This document shows, piece by piece, positions 48,640 to 58,582 of a stretch of 64,000 nt of DNA; the first letter of the stretch is position 1; each line of letters starts with the position of its first letter. Source of the stretch: Candidatus Krumholzibacteriota bacterium (lineage in GTDB: Bacteria > Krumholzibacteriota > Krumholzibacteriia > JACNKJ01); contig JAFGBK010000011.1 of the NCBI GenBank assembly GCA_016933175.1, positions 1,254-65,253 on the forward strand. The letters are read 5' to 3'. Both the position numbers and the translations under genes were made by a program. The notes under the pieces are model-generated. The model saw only the letters and a list, made by a program, of their open reading frames with translations. It ran no database searches and was not told where the DNA came from.

Positions 48640-50787
48640 ATGCCGACCCTCATCCTCGGTGTCCACAACCATCAGCCCGTGGGTAACTTCGACCACGTGG
48701 TGCGCGAGGCCTACGACCGGGCCTACCGGCCCTTCCTGGAGCTCCTCGACGCCCACCCCGCCATGCGCCTCTGCGTCCACGTCTCCGGCCCCCTGATCGA
48801 GTGGATGAAGCGCGAGGCGCCCGACTACCTGGAGCGCCTGCGGGCCGGCGCGACGGCCGGGCGACTGGAGCTCCTGGGCGGCGGCTACTGGGAGCCCATC
48901 CTCACCGTCCTGACCGAGCGGGATCAGCACGCCCAGCTCGAGCGCATGAGCCGCGAGGTGGAGGCACTCTGCGGCCGCCGCCCCCGCGGCATCTGGCTGG
49001 CCGAGCGCATCTGGGAGCCCCACCTGCCGCGGGTCCTGCAGGCCCACGGCATCGAGTACGCGGCCCTGGACGACACGCACTTCCTGGCCACCGGCTTCAC
49101 GCCCGACCGCCTCGGCGGCTACTTCCTCACCGAGGAGGGGGGCCGCGCCCTGGCCCTGTTCCCCATCTCCAAGCGGCTGCGCTACCTGGTGCCCTTCCGC
49201 GCTCCGGCCGAGGTCCTGGCCTATCTGCGCGGAAGCGCGGCGCCGGGCGACGGCGACCTGGCCGGCGCCGACGCGGCCGACGCCGAGGGCGTGCCGGGTC
49301 TGCCGCTGGCCGTCCTCATGGACGACGGCGAGAAGTTCGGCGTCTGGCCCGGCACCAACGATCTCTGCTACACACAGGGGCGGCTCGCGAAGCTCTTCGG
49401 CGCCCTGGCCGCCGAGCCCGGCCTGCGCCTGGCCACCTTCTCCGAGGTGCTGGACGAGCAGCCGCCCCTCGGCCCGGCCTACCTGCCCACGGGCAGCTAC
49501 TTCGAGATGGGGGAGTGGGCCCTGCCCCTGGCCGGCCAGCAGAAGCTCGCCGCCCTCACCGCCCTGGTGAAGCAGCATGACGGCGGCCTGCAGCCCTTCG
49601 TCCGCGGCGGGTTCTGGCGGAACTTCTTCGCCAAGTACGAGGAGAGCCACTGGCTGCACAAGCGCATGCTCTGGGCGGGGCGCGCCGTGTCGGCCGCCCG
49701 CGAGGCCGGGACCGCCGACGCCGGCGCGCTGGCGGAGGCGGAGGACCGGATCCTGGAGGCCCAGTGCAACTGCGGCTACTGGCACGGCTTGTTCGGCGGC
49801 CTCTATCTGCCCCACCTGCGCCACGCGATCCTCGAGCGCCTGGTGCGCGCCGAGCACCTGGTGGCGGGTCCGGGCTACACTCTGGCGCAGGAGGACCTGG
49901 ACATCGACGGCGACGCGGAGATCGTCTGGACGAGCCCCGCGGCCCGCCTCTTCCTCAAACCACGCGGCGGCCGCGTGCGCGAGCTGGACCTGCGCGAGCC
50001 GGCCTTCCCGCTGACCAACGTCCTCGCGCGGCGCGAGGAGTTCTACCACCGGCGCCTGGCCGAGGCCCTGGCGCCCGGCGAGGCGGCCGACGCCGCCAAG
50101 AGCATCCACGACATCGTGCGGGCCAAGGAGACGGGGCTCGAGGAGTTCCTGGTCTACGATCCCCACCCGCGGGCCAGCCTGGAGGAGCGGCTCTACGAGA
50201 CCGGTGCCGACGCGGCGCCCTACGCCGGGAGCTGGCAGGACCTGGCCGACCTGCACTGCGCCGTCGAGCTCCCCGCGGCGCCCGACGGCGAGCTGGTCCT
50301 GCGCGGCGAGCGCGCCTTCGAGACCGGCCGCCGGCTGGAGCTGGTCAAGCGCCTGCGCTGGGCGGACGACGGCTGGACCCTGGCGGTGGATCTCGCGCTG
50401 TGCTATCACGGGCCGGGCCGCCTGGCCAGCCTCCTGGCCTCCGGCTGGAACCTGAACCTCCTGGCACCGGAGGCGCCGGATCGCCGCGTCCTCGTCGACG
50501 GCCGGCCCGCCGCCGATGCCCGGCTGCGCAGCCGCGGCTGGGAGCGCGACATCGGGCGCCTGGAGCTGCGCGATGACTGGAGCGGCCTGGCCGTCGCCCT
50601 GGCCGGCGAGGAGCTGGACGTCTGGCGGGAGCCCATCGAGACCGTCAGCCTCTCGGAGGCCGGCTTCGAGCGGGTCTACCAGGGCTCCTGGCTGGCCGTG
50701 GCCCGCCGCATCGAACTGGAATCGGGGCAGACCGCCCGTCTGCGCTACCGCCTCGAGCTCGCCCGCCTGGCGGGCGCGACGGCGTAG
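48640..50787 (+). CDS. Glycoside hydrolase family 57 protein (alpha-amylase / 4-alpha-glucanotransferase / branching-enzyme type)
   Basis: GH57 N-terminus ILGVHNHQPVGNF, WLAERIWEP, GH57 catalytic-region conservation; 715 aa. Confidence 0.75.
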   Translation: MPTLILGVHNHQPVGNFDHVVREAYDRAYRPFLELLDAHPAMRLCVHVSGPLIEWMKREAPDYLERLRAGATAGRLELLGGGYWEPILTVLTERDQHAQLERMSREVEALCGRRPRGIWLAERIWEPHLPRVLQAHGIEYAALDDTHFLATGFTPDRLGGYFLTEEGGRALALFPISKRLRYLVPFRAPAEVLAYLRGSAAPGDGDLAGADAADAEGVPGLPLAVLMDDGEKFGVWPGTNDLCYTQGRLAKLFGALAAEPGLRLATFSEVLDEQPPLGPAYLPTGSYFEMGEWALPLAGQQKLAALTALVKQHDGGLQPFVRGGFWRNFFAKYEESHWLHKRMLWAGRAVSAAREAGTADAGALAEAEDRILEAQCNCGYWHGLFGGLYLPHLRHAILERLVRAEHLVAGPGYTLAQEDLDIDGDAEIVWTSPAARLFLKPRGGRVRELDLREPAFPLTNVLARREEFYHRRLAEALAPGEAADAAKSIHDIVRAKETGLEEFLVYDPHPRASLEERLYETGADAAPYAGSWQDLADLHCAVELPAAPDGELVLRGERAFETGRRLELVKRLRWADDGWTLAVDLALCYHGPGRLASLLASGWNLNLLAPEAPDRRVLVDGRPAADARLRSRGWERDIGRLELRDDWSGLAVALAGEELDVWREPIETVSLSEAGFERVYQGSWLAVARRIELESGQTARLRYRLELARLAGATA

Positions 50788-50799
50788 GGAGGAGAGCCC

Positions 50800-51072
50800 G
50801 TGCGAGAGCGCAAGCTGGAAGTGGTCAACGCCAAGGGGCTGCACCTGCGGGCGGCCAGCGAGCTGGTCAAGCTCACCGCCACGCTGACGTGCCGCGTGTC
50901 CCTCTCCAATGGGATCATCGAGGTGGACGGCAAGAGCATCCTCGGCGTGGCGGCCCTGGGCGCCGCCAAGGGCACCGAGATCGTCGTCCGCACCGAGGGC
51001 GACGGCGAGCAGGACGCCCTGGACCGGATCACCGCCCTGTTCACGCGGGGGTTCTACGAGAATGTCCCCTGA
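50800..51072 (+). CDS. ptsH: Phosphocarrier protein HPr
   Basis: GLHLRAASELV (His-15 region), GKS (Ser-46 region). Confidence 0.85.
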   Translation: MRERKLEVVNAKGLHLRAASELVKLTATLTCRVSLSNGIIEVDGKSILGVAALGAAKGTEIVVRTEGDGEQDALDRITALFTRGFYENVP

Positions 51073-52846
51073 GCGCACCGGCATGCGCCGCTTCATGGGG
51101 CGTCCCGGTGCTCCGGGCATCGCCCAGGGGACGGTGTTCGTCTACGACCCCGACCTGCCCGCGGCCACGGCCCGCCAGGACGACCCGCGCGACGCCGAGA
51201 CGGAACTCGCGCGCCTGGACGCCGCCATCGCGATGGCGGAGGCCGAGATCCTGGACGCGCGCGAGCACGTCCTGGAGGAGCTGGGCGAGGACCACGCGCG
51301 CATCTTCGATGCCCACCGCCTCATCATGAAGGACGAGACCCTCGTGGGCCAGGCGCGCCAGTACATCCGCGAGGGCTGGAGCGCCGAGACGGCCTTCGGC
51401 GGCGCCTGCCAGAACATCGTGCGCGCCTTCCAGAGCCTGAACGGCGACCAGCCGGACCGCACCGGCGACCTGCGCGACGTGCAGCGCCGGGTCACCGGCC
51501 ACCTGCGCGGCGGGCGCGTCTCGGGACTCGGCGACCTGGCGTCGCCGGTCATCGTCGTCGCCCGCGAACTGAGCCCCTCGGACACGGCCAGCATGCCACG
51601 CGACAAGGTGCTCGGCTTCATCACCGAGCGGGGCGGCGAGACGAGCCACTCGGTGATCCTGGGCCGCAGCCTGGGCATTCCCGTGGTGGTGGGGGTCGAG
51701 GGCCTGCTGACGCGCGTGCAGTCGGGCGACGCCATCATGCTCGACGGGCATACGGGGCAGATCGTCATCAACCCGGACGCCAAGACGCAGGCGGAGTTCG
51801 AGAACCTGCGCGCCGCCTACGAGGCCCTCGAGGCCGAGAGCCTGCGCTTCAAGGACCACCCGGCCGAGACCCGCGACGGCCGGAACATCGAGCTGCTGGC
51901 CAACATCGAACTGCCCGAGGAGGTGGAGGCCGTCCTCAGCCACGGCGCGGCGGGCGTCGGCCTCTTCCGCACCGAGTACCTCTTCCTGACCCGACCCGAC
52001 TTTCCCGGCGAGGAGGACCAGTACCTGGCCTACCGCGGCATCCTGCGCAGCGTGGCGCCAGACCCGGTGATCATCCGCACCATGGACCTGGGGGGCGAGA
52101 AGGTGGCCTCCTACATGGAATTCCCCCGCGAGGACAACCCCTCGCTGGGCTGGCGGGGCGTGCGCTACGCCTTGGACCTCGAGGAGGTCTTCCGCACCCA
52201 GATCCGCGCCATCTTCCGCGCCAGCGTCTACGGCGAGCTGCGTCTCATGGTGCCCATGATCACGCGGATGGAGGAGATCCGGCGCGTGAAGGTCATCATC
52301 GAGGAGGTCAAGGGGGAGCTCGTCGCGCGCGGCCAGTCCTTCCGCGACGACGTCCCCGTGGGCGTCATGGTGGAGACGCCGAGCGCCGTGGTCATCGCCC
52401 ACCTCCTGGCCAGGGAGGTGGACTTCTTCAGCATCGGCACCAACGACCTGATCCAGTACTCCCTGGCCGTGGATCGCGACAACCGGAAGGTGCAGGGCCT
52501 CTACGATCCCTTCCACCCGGCCATCCTCCGCCAGATCAAGCGCACCGTGAAGGCGGCCAAGCAGCAGGGCATCCCGGTGGGCATCTGCGGCGAGCTGCCG
52601 GAGGATCCTCTCTTCACCATCCTCCTCATCGGCCTCGGCCTGGACACGATCAGCGTCAACCCCTTCCGCGTGCCCGAGATCAAGCGCCTCATCCGCAGCA
52701 TCACCTACGACCAGGCCAAGAGCCTGGTGGTCAGCGCCTGGCGCTACGCGACGGGGGCGGAGATCCGCCGCGCCGTGGGGCGCCAGGCCGCGCGCAAGTT
52801 CCCCGAGATCGCCGATCTGCTCGCCCGCGACGAGGAACCGTCGTGA
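51062..52846 (+). CDS. ptsI: Phosphoenolpyruvate-protein phosphotransferase (Enzyme I)
   Basis: Start MSPERTG overlapping ptsH; GGETSHSVILGRSLGIPVVVG, PEP-utilising domain. Confidence 0.85.
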   Translation: MSPERTGMRRFMGRPGAPGIAQGTVFVYDPDLPAATARQDDPRDAETELARLDAAIAMAEAEILDAREHVLEELGEDHARIFDAHRLIMKDETLVGQARQYIREGWSAETAFGGACQNIVRAFQSLNGDQPDRTGDLRDVQRRVTGHLRGGRVSGLGDLASPVIVVARELSPSDTASMPRDKVLGFITERGGETSHSVILGRSLGIPVVVGVEGLLTRVQSGDAIMLDGHTGQIVINPDAKTQAEFENLRAAYEALEAESLRFKDHPAETRDGRNIELLANIELPEEVEAVLSHGAAGVGLFRTEYLFLTRPDFPGEEDQYLAYRGILRSVAPDPVIIRTMDLGGEKVASYMEFPREDNPSLGWRGVRYALDLEEVFRTQIRAIFRASVYGELRLMVPMITRMEEIRRVKVIIEEVKGELVARGQSFRDDVPVGVMVETPSAVVIAHLLAREVDFFSIGTNDLIQYSLAVDRDNRKVQGLYDPFHPAILRQIKRTVKAAKQQGIPVGICGELPEDPLFTILLIGLGLDTISVNPFRVPEIKRLIRSITYDQAKSLVVSAWRYATGAEIRRAVGRQAARKFPEIADLLARDEEPS

Positions 52847-53934
52847 GGGCGGACGCCCGCGCCCGCCTGGCCGACAGCGCGGCCCTGCGCGCCGCCGATC
52901 CCGGCGACATGCTGGGCAAGGTGGCGGCCTTCCCGGAGCGCTACGCGGCGGCCCGCGACGCCGCGCTCCCCGCCCTGCCCGCGGACCGGGCGCCGTCGCG
53001 CATCCTGGTGGGGGGCATGGGCGGCAGCGGCATCGCCGGCGCGCTCGTCGCCGGCTGGCTGGACTGGCGCCCCGGCCCGCCGCGCCCCCTACTTGCCTTC
53101 GGTGGCTACGAGCTGCCGCCCACGGCGCCCGGCGACCTGCTGGTGCTCTGCAGCCACTCGGGCGACACCGAGGAGGTGCTGGCCCTCCTGGCGGCGGCCC
53201 TGGCGCGGCCGGATCTGCCCATGGTGCCCGTGGCGGCGGGCGGGCGCCTGGCCGCGCGCGCCGCCGACGCGCGCGCCGCCGGCGCGCCCGTGGGCGAGAC
53301 GCTGATCCTGCCGGGCGGCATGCCGCCGCGCGCCGCCCTGCCGGCCATGCTGGGCCGCCTCCTGGCCCTCCTGGCGCGCCTGGGCTGGCCGTCCCTCGCG
53401 GCCGGGGAGGAGGCCGCCCTGCGCGCCGACCTCGCAGCCGTGGCCGCCGACTGCGGTCCCGGCCGTCCGCCAGGGGAGAATCCGGCCAAGGACCTGGCCC
53501 TGGCCCTGGGCGACGCGGCGCCCGTCTGCGTGGCCCTGGCGCCGGCCTACGCGCCTGTGGCGCGCCGCCTGCGTTGCCAGTTCGAGGAGAACGCCAAGCG
53601 GGCCGCCCGCGACTTGATCCTGCCCGAGCTGCACCACAACAGCTGGGTGCCCTGGACGGGCGGCGACTCCCTGGGCGCCGCCCTCTGGCTGGGGGAGGCC
53701 GACGCCCATCCCCGCACGCGGCGGCGCCGCGAACTGAGCGAGGCCGCCCTCGCCGCCGCCGGCCTGCCAGCCCTCGCCCTGCCCGCGCGCGGCGGCGAGC
53801 CGCTGGCCCGCCTCTTGACGACGGTGCTGCTGGGGGACTTTCTTAGCGTCTATCACGCCCTCATGCGGGATGTCGATCCGACGCCGGTCGACGCCCTCGC
53901 CGCCATGAAGGCCCGCCTTGCCGACGAGGAGTGA
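52843..53934 (+). CDS. SIS-domain bifunctional phosphoglucose/phosphomannose isomerase-family protein
   Basis: SIS VGGMGGSGIAG, CSHSGDTEE; PGI/PMI (archaeal-type) family-like C-terminus. Confidence 0.55.
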   Translation: MRADARARLADSAALRAADPGDMLGKVAAFPERYAAARDAALPALPADRAPSRILVGGMGGSGIAGALVAGWLDWRPGPPRPLLAFGGYELPPTAPGDLLVLCSHSGDTEEVLALLAAALARPDLPMVPVAAGGRLAARAADARAAGAPVGETLILPGGMPPRAALPAMLGRLLALLARLGWPSLAAGEEAALRADLAAVAADCGPGRPPGENPAKDLALALGDAAPVCVALAPAYAPVARRLRCQFEENAKRAARDLILPELHHNSWVPWTGGDSLGAALWLGEADAHPRTRRRRELSEAALAAAGLPALALPARGGEPLARLLTTVLLGDFLSVYHALMRDVDPTPVDALAAMKARLADEE

Positions 53935-53935
53935 C

Positions 53936-54934
53936 GTGAAGCCGACCGCCATCGTCCCCGCCGCCGGCGTGGGCACGCGCCTGCGCCCCCACACCTGGAG
54001 CCTGCCCAAGGCCCTGCTGCCCGTGGCCGGGCGGCCGGTCATCGGGCACATCCTCGACCAGCTCCTCACGGTCGGCGTGGAGCGCGTGGTCCTCGTGGTG
54101 GGCTACCTGGGCGATCGCCTGGTGGACTGGGTGCGCGAGCACTACGACCTGGAGGTGGACTTCGTCGTCCAGGAGCGGCGCCTGGGCCTGGGCCACGCCA
54201 TCCACACCACGGCCGAGCGCTGCCCGGCGGGCCCGGCGCTCATCGTCCTCGGCGACACCATCGTCCAGGCGGACCTGTCCGGACTCCTGGCGGCGCCGGG
54301 CCACGGCATGGGCGTCAAGGCCGTGGACGACCCGCGGCGCTTCGGCGTCGCCGAGGTCGCGGACGGCCGCATCGTCCGCCTGGTGGAAAAGCCCGCCGCG
54401 CCGACGAGCGACCTGGCCCTGGTGGGCCTCTACCACCTGCGCGACGTGGCCGCGCTCCACGAGGGCCTGCGCTACCTGGTCGCCGGCGACCGGCGCACGC
54501 GCGGCGAGTACCAGCTCACCGACGCCCTCCAGTGGATGATCGACCACGGCGAGCTCCTCAGCCCCTTCCCCATCGCGGGCTGGTTCGACGTGGGCAAGCC
54601 CGAAACCTGGCTGGCGACCAACCGCAGCCTCCTGGCCGGCGCGCCGGTTCCGGCGCCCCGGCCCGGCGTGACCTTCCACCCGCCCGTCTGGGTGCCCGAT
54701 TCGGCCGTCGTCGCCGAAAGCGCCATCGGACCCTTTGTCAGCGTGGGCGAATCGGCTAGAATAATGAGCTGCCGGATCGAGAACAGCATCATCGGCGATG
54801 GGACCGAGCTCGCCGGCTGCCGGCTCGAGGACTCGCTCCTGGCGCCGCAATGCCGCCTGAAGGATCTCCAGGGCAGCTTCAACCTGGGAGAGGAAAGCCG
54901 GGCCCGCGGGGCGACGCCCCCGGACGGGCCCTGA
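53936..54934 (+). CDS. Sugar-1-phosphate nucleotidyltransferase (NTP_transferase + left-handed beta-helix)
   Basis: GTG after GAGGAG; [25 protein letters not shown] signature; C-terminal hexapeptide repeats. Confidence 0.75.
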   Translation: MKPTAIVPAAGVGTRLRPHTWSLPKALLPVAGRPVIGHILDQLLTVGVERVVLVVGYLGDRLVDWVREHYDLEVDFVVQERRLGLGHAIHTTAERCPAGPALIVLGDTIVQADLSGLLAAPGHGMGVKAVDDPRRFGVAEVADGRIVRLVEKPAAPTSDLALVGLYHLRDVAALHEGLRYLVAGDRRTRGEYQLTDALQWMIDHGELLSPFPIAGWFDVGKPETWLATNRSLLAGAPVPAPRPGVTFHPPVWVPDSAVVAESAIGPFVSVGESARIMSCRIENSIIGDGTELAGCRLEDSLLAPQCRLKDLQGSFNLGEESRARGATPPDGP

Positions 54935-54948
54935 CGATAGGAGAGACC

Positions 54949-56145
54949 GTGCCCGACACCTACCCCGACCTGTTCACCTCCGAGTCCGTCACGGACGGCC
55001 ACCCCGACAAGGTGGCCGACCAGATCTCGGATGCCGTCCTGGACGACATCCTGGCGGAGGACGCGGGGGCCCGCGTGGCCTGCGAGACCCTCGTCACGAC
55101 GGGGATGATCCTCGTCAGCGGCGAGATCACGACCACGCACTACGCGGACATCCCCGCCATCGCCCGGCAGGTCGTCCATGACATCGGCTACACGGGCACG
55201 CGCATGGGCTTCAACCACGAGACCTGCGCCGTCCTGACCAGCATTGACAAGCAGAGCCCCGACATCAACCAGGGCGTGGACCGCAACCTGGCCGACCCCG
55301 AGCAGCAGGGCGCCGGCGACCAGGGCATGATGTTCGGCTACGCCTGCCGCGAGACCCCCGAGCTGATGCCTCTGCCCATCATGCTGGCCCACCGCCTGGT
55401 CCGCCGCCTGGCCGAGCAGCGCCGCGCCGGCGCGCTGCCCCTGGCCTTCCCCGACGGCAAGAGCCAGGTGACCGTCCGCTACGAGGGCCGCCGGCCCGTG
55501 GCCGTCGAGGCCGTGGTCGTCTCCACCCAGCACGACGAGAGCTGGTCGCTGGGGGACATCACCGATGCGGTGACGGCCAAGGTCATCCGGCCCGTGCTGG
55601 CAGAGAGCGGCTGCGATCACGACGGCTGCCAGCTCCACATCAATCCCACGGGCAAGTTCGTCCAGGGCGGCCCGGCCGCCGACACGGGCGTGACGGGCCG
55701 CAAGATCATCGTCGACACCTACGGCGGACGCGGCCGGCACGGCGGCGGGGCCTTCAGCGGCAAGGATCCCTCCAAGGTGGACCGCTCGGCCTCCTACCTG
55801 GCCCGCTACATCGCCAAGAACCTCGTCGCCGCGGGCCTCGCCGACGAGCTGGAGGTGCAGCTGGCCTACGCCATCGGCGTCGCCGATCCCGTGAGCGTCC
55901 GCGTGGACAGCTTCGGCACCAACCGGGTGGACGAGGCCGAGATCGTGGCGGCCGTCCGGGAGCTGTTCCCGCTCAAGCCCGGGCTCATCATCCGGGATCT
56001 CGATCTGCTGCGGCCGCAGTACCGGCGCACCGCCGCCTTCGGGCACTTCGGCCGCGAGGGGGAGGGTTTCCGCTGGGAGGACACCGACAAGGTCGCTGCG
56101 CTGAAAAGCCGATTCAACGTCAGCGCCAACACGCGGGAGCGATAG
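54949..56145 (+). CDS. metK: S-adenosylmethionine synthetase
   Basis: GTG start; [40 protein letters not shown]. Confidence 0.9.
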   Translation: MPDTYPDLFTSESVTDGHPDKVADQISDAVLDDILAEDAGARVACETLVTTGMILVSGEITTTHYADIPAIARQVVHDIGYTGTRMGFNHETCAVLTSIDKQSPDINQGVDRNLADPEQQGAGDQGMMFGYACRETPELMPLPIMLAHRLVRRLAEQRRAGALPLAFPDGKSQVTVRYEGRRPVAVEAVVVSTQHDESWSLGDITDAVTAKVIRPVLAESGCDHDGCQLHINPTGKFVQGGPAADTGVTGRKIIVDTYGGRGRHGGGAFSGKDPSKVDRSASYLARYIAKNLVAAGLADELEVQLAYAIGVADPVSVRVDSFGTNRVDEAEIVAAVRELFPLKPGLIIRDLDLLRPQYRRTAAFGHFGREGEGFRWEDTDKVAALKSRFNVSANTRER

Positions 56146-56146
56146 C

Positions 56147-57418
56147 ATGAGCACCAAGCAGATGGAGCACAAGGTCGCGGACCTCTCGCTGGCTCCGGCC
56201 GGGCGCGAGAAGATCCAGTGGGCCGAGAGCCGCATGCCGGTCCTGATGGCCCTGCGCGAGAAGTACGGCCAGACCCGGCCCTTCGCGGGCTTCCGCATCG
56301 CCGGCTGCCTGCACGTCACCAAGGAGACGGCCGTCCTGGTGGAGACCCTCGTCGCGGCCGGCGCCGAGGTGGCCTGGTCCGGCTGCAACCCCCTCAGCAC
56401 GCAGGACGACGTCGCCGCCGCCCTGGCCGCCGGCGGCGTGCCCATCTTCGCCTGGCACGGCATGAACACCGCGGAGTTCTACTGGGCCATCGACGAGTGC
56501 CTGGGCCGCCGGCCCAACCTGACCCTCGACGACGGCGCCGACCTCATCTTCAGCGCCCACGCGCGCCACAAGGAGCTGGCGAAGACGAGCATCATCGCCG
56601 GCACCGAGGAGACGACCACGGGCGTCCACCGCCTGCGGGCCATGGCCGAGGACGGCAAGCTGCTCTACCCGGTGGTGGCCGTCAACGACGCCGAGACCAA
56701 GTGGGATTTCGACAACGTCTACGGCACGGGCCAGTCGAGCATCGACGGCATCCTGCGCGCCACGAGCATCCTGCTCGCGGGGAAGAACTTTGTCGTGGCG
56801 GGCTACGGCCACTGCGGGCGCGGCGTCGCCATGCGGGCCGCCGGCATGGGGGCGAACGTCATCGTCACCGAGGTCAAGCCCACGGCGGCCCTCAAGGCCA
56901 TCCTCGACGGTCACCGGGTCATGACCATGGACGAGGCCGCGGCCCTCGGGGACGTCTTCATCACCGCCACCGGCATGAAGGACGTCATCGTCGCCCGGCA
57001 CTTCGCGGCGATGAAGGACGGCGCCGTGATCTGCAACACCGGCCACTACGACTGCGAGATCAAGATCGACGACCTCACGGCCCTGGCCGGCGCGGGACGC
57101 GCCATCCGGCCCAACAACGAGCAGTACACCCTGCCCGACGGGCGCCGCGTCTTCCTGCTCGCCAAGGGGCGACTGGTCAACCTGGCGGCGGCGGAGGGGC
57201 ATCCCTCCGAGGTGATGGACATGTCCTTCGCCAACCAGTTCCACGCCCTGCTCTGGATGAGCCGCGAGGGCAAGGACCTGGCGCCCGCGGTCTACGACAT
57301 CACCGAGGAGCAGGACCAGGAGATCGCGGCCCTCAAGCTGGAGACCATGGGCCGGCGCATCGACACGCTGACGCCCGACCAGGTCGCCTACGCGCGCGAC
57401 TACGCCGCCGGCACCTAG
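56147..57418 (+). CDS. ahcY: Adenosylhomocysteinase
   Basis: NAD-binding VVAGYGHCGRGVA, family-wide conservation. Confidence 0.9.
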   Translation: MSTKQMEHKVADLSLAPAGREKIQWAESRMPVLMALREKYGQTRPFAGFRIAGCLHVTKETAVLVETLVAAGAEVAWSGCNPLSTQDDVAAALAAGGVPIFAWHGMNTAEFYWAIDECLGRRPNLTLDDGADLIFSAHARHKELAKTSIIAGTEETTTGVHRLRAMAEDGKLLYPVVAVNDAETKWDFDNVYGTGQSSIDGILRATSILLAGKNFVVAGYGHCGRGVAMRAAGMGANVIVTEVKPTAALKAILDGHRVMTMDEAAALGDVFITATGMKDVIVARHFAAMKDGAVICNTGHYDCEIKIDDLTALAGAGRAIRPNNEQYTLPDGRRVFLLAKGRLVNLAAAEGHPSEVMDMSFANQFHALLWMSREGKDLAPAVYDITEEQDQEIAALKLETMGRRIDTLTPDQVAYARDYAAGT

Positions 57419-57441
57419 CCCGCGCGCGGCCCGGCTTCCCT

Positions 57442-57477
57442 GACGCGGATCCGGCGGCGCCGGGTCCGCGTTTCTCT
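57442..57477 (+). terminator. Imperfect 13-15 bp hairpin (GACGCGGATCCGGCG/CGCCGGGTCCGCG) + TTTCTCT after ahcY, between convergent ahcY and lptG
   Basis: Direct reading. Confidence 0.4.
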
Positions 57478-57490
57478 GTCGGCCCGTCGT

Positions 57491-58582
57491 TCAGCGGCTG
57501 GCGCGCGCCAGGAAGCCCACCCCCGCCAGGAGGAAGACGAAGTTGGCCGACCAGGCGGCGAGCAGGGGGGGCAGGGTCTGGTTGTGGCCCAGGGAGATGC
57601 CGATGCGGATGAAGATGAGGTAGACGAAGGCGATGCCCACCGTCAGGCCGAAGCCCGCCGCCATGGAGATGCGCCGCTTCTGCGCGCTCAGGGCGGCTCC
57701 CAGCAGCACGACGATCAGGTTCGCCCAGGGGTAGCTCACCTTCATGTGCAGATCCACCCAGAGCCGGTCGGCCTGCTCGCCGGAGTGGGTCTGCGTGAGG
57801 ATGTGCTCGCGCAGCTCGCCGTAGTCCATGGCCTCGGGCTTCTTCTCCTCGCGGATGAAGTCCAGCGGCTGTTCGGGCAGGCTCAGATCCAGGTGCTCGA
57901 AGTGCTGCGTGCCCGTCTCCGGCCGGCTGCCGTCGGCGGTGGTGGCGAAGCGGTGGTGGTAGCCCTCCACCAGGCGCCACTGGCTGCCGCTCCAGAAGGC
58001 GTGGCGCGCCGTGTAGCTCTCCCGCAGGCTGTCGCCGCGGTAGCGCAGCAGCACCAGGTTCTCGAAGCGCTGCTGGGCGACGAAGTAGGCCTCCGCCCAC
58101 CAGAGCGTGCCGTCGGCGCCGACCTTGTGCACCAGGCGCCGCACGTCGTGGCTGGCGCGCGGCTCCTTGTTCACCTCGTGCCGCTTGAGATCCTCCAGTG
58201 CCAGGTTGCTCTGCGTCACCACGCGGTCATTGAAGTAGTAGCTGCCGAGGCTGATCAGGGCGCCGAAGGCGAGCAGGGGCAGCAGCAGGCGCGGCAGGGG
58301 CACGCCGGCGGCGAGCGCCGCCGTCAACTCGCGGTCCCGCGACAGGCGGCCGATGGTGAACAGGCTGGCCAGCAGCATGGCGATGGGCAGGACGAGCACG
58401 ACGATGTAGGGTGTCTTGAACAGGTAGAGCCGCGCCACGGTCCAGGCGGTGGTGCCCTTGTCGATGTAGTCGCCGATCTTCTCGAAGAAGTCGATGACGA
58501 GGTAGATGAGCAGGAAGGCGACCAGGCCGAGGGCGAGGGCCTTGGCGAACTGCGTGAGCAGGTAGCGGTCGAGGATCTTCAT
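57491..58582 (-). CDS. lptG: LPS export ABC permease, LptF/LptG family
   Basis: Start MKILDRYLLTQF; 6-TM permease with periplasmic jellyroll insert. Confidence 0.7.
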   Translation of the reverse strand: MKILDRYLLTQFAKALALGLVAFLLIYLVIDFFEKIGDYIDKGTTAWTVARLYLFKTPYIVVLVLPIAMLLASLFTIGRLSRDRELTAALAAGVPLPRLLLPLLAFGALISLGSYYFNDRVVTQSNLALEDLKRHEVNKEPRASHDVRRLVHKVGADGTLWWAEAYFVAQQRFENLVLLRYRGDSLRESYTARHAFWSGSQWRLVEGYHHRFATTADGSRPETGTQHFEHLDLSLPEQPLDFIREEKKPEAMDYGELREHILTQTHSGEQADRLWVDLHMKVSYPWANLIVVLLGAALSAQKRRISMAAGFGLTVGIAFVYLIFIRIGISLGHNQTLPPLLAAWSANFVFLLAGVGFLARASR

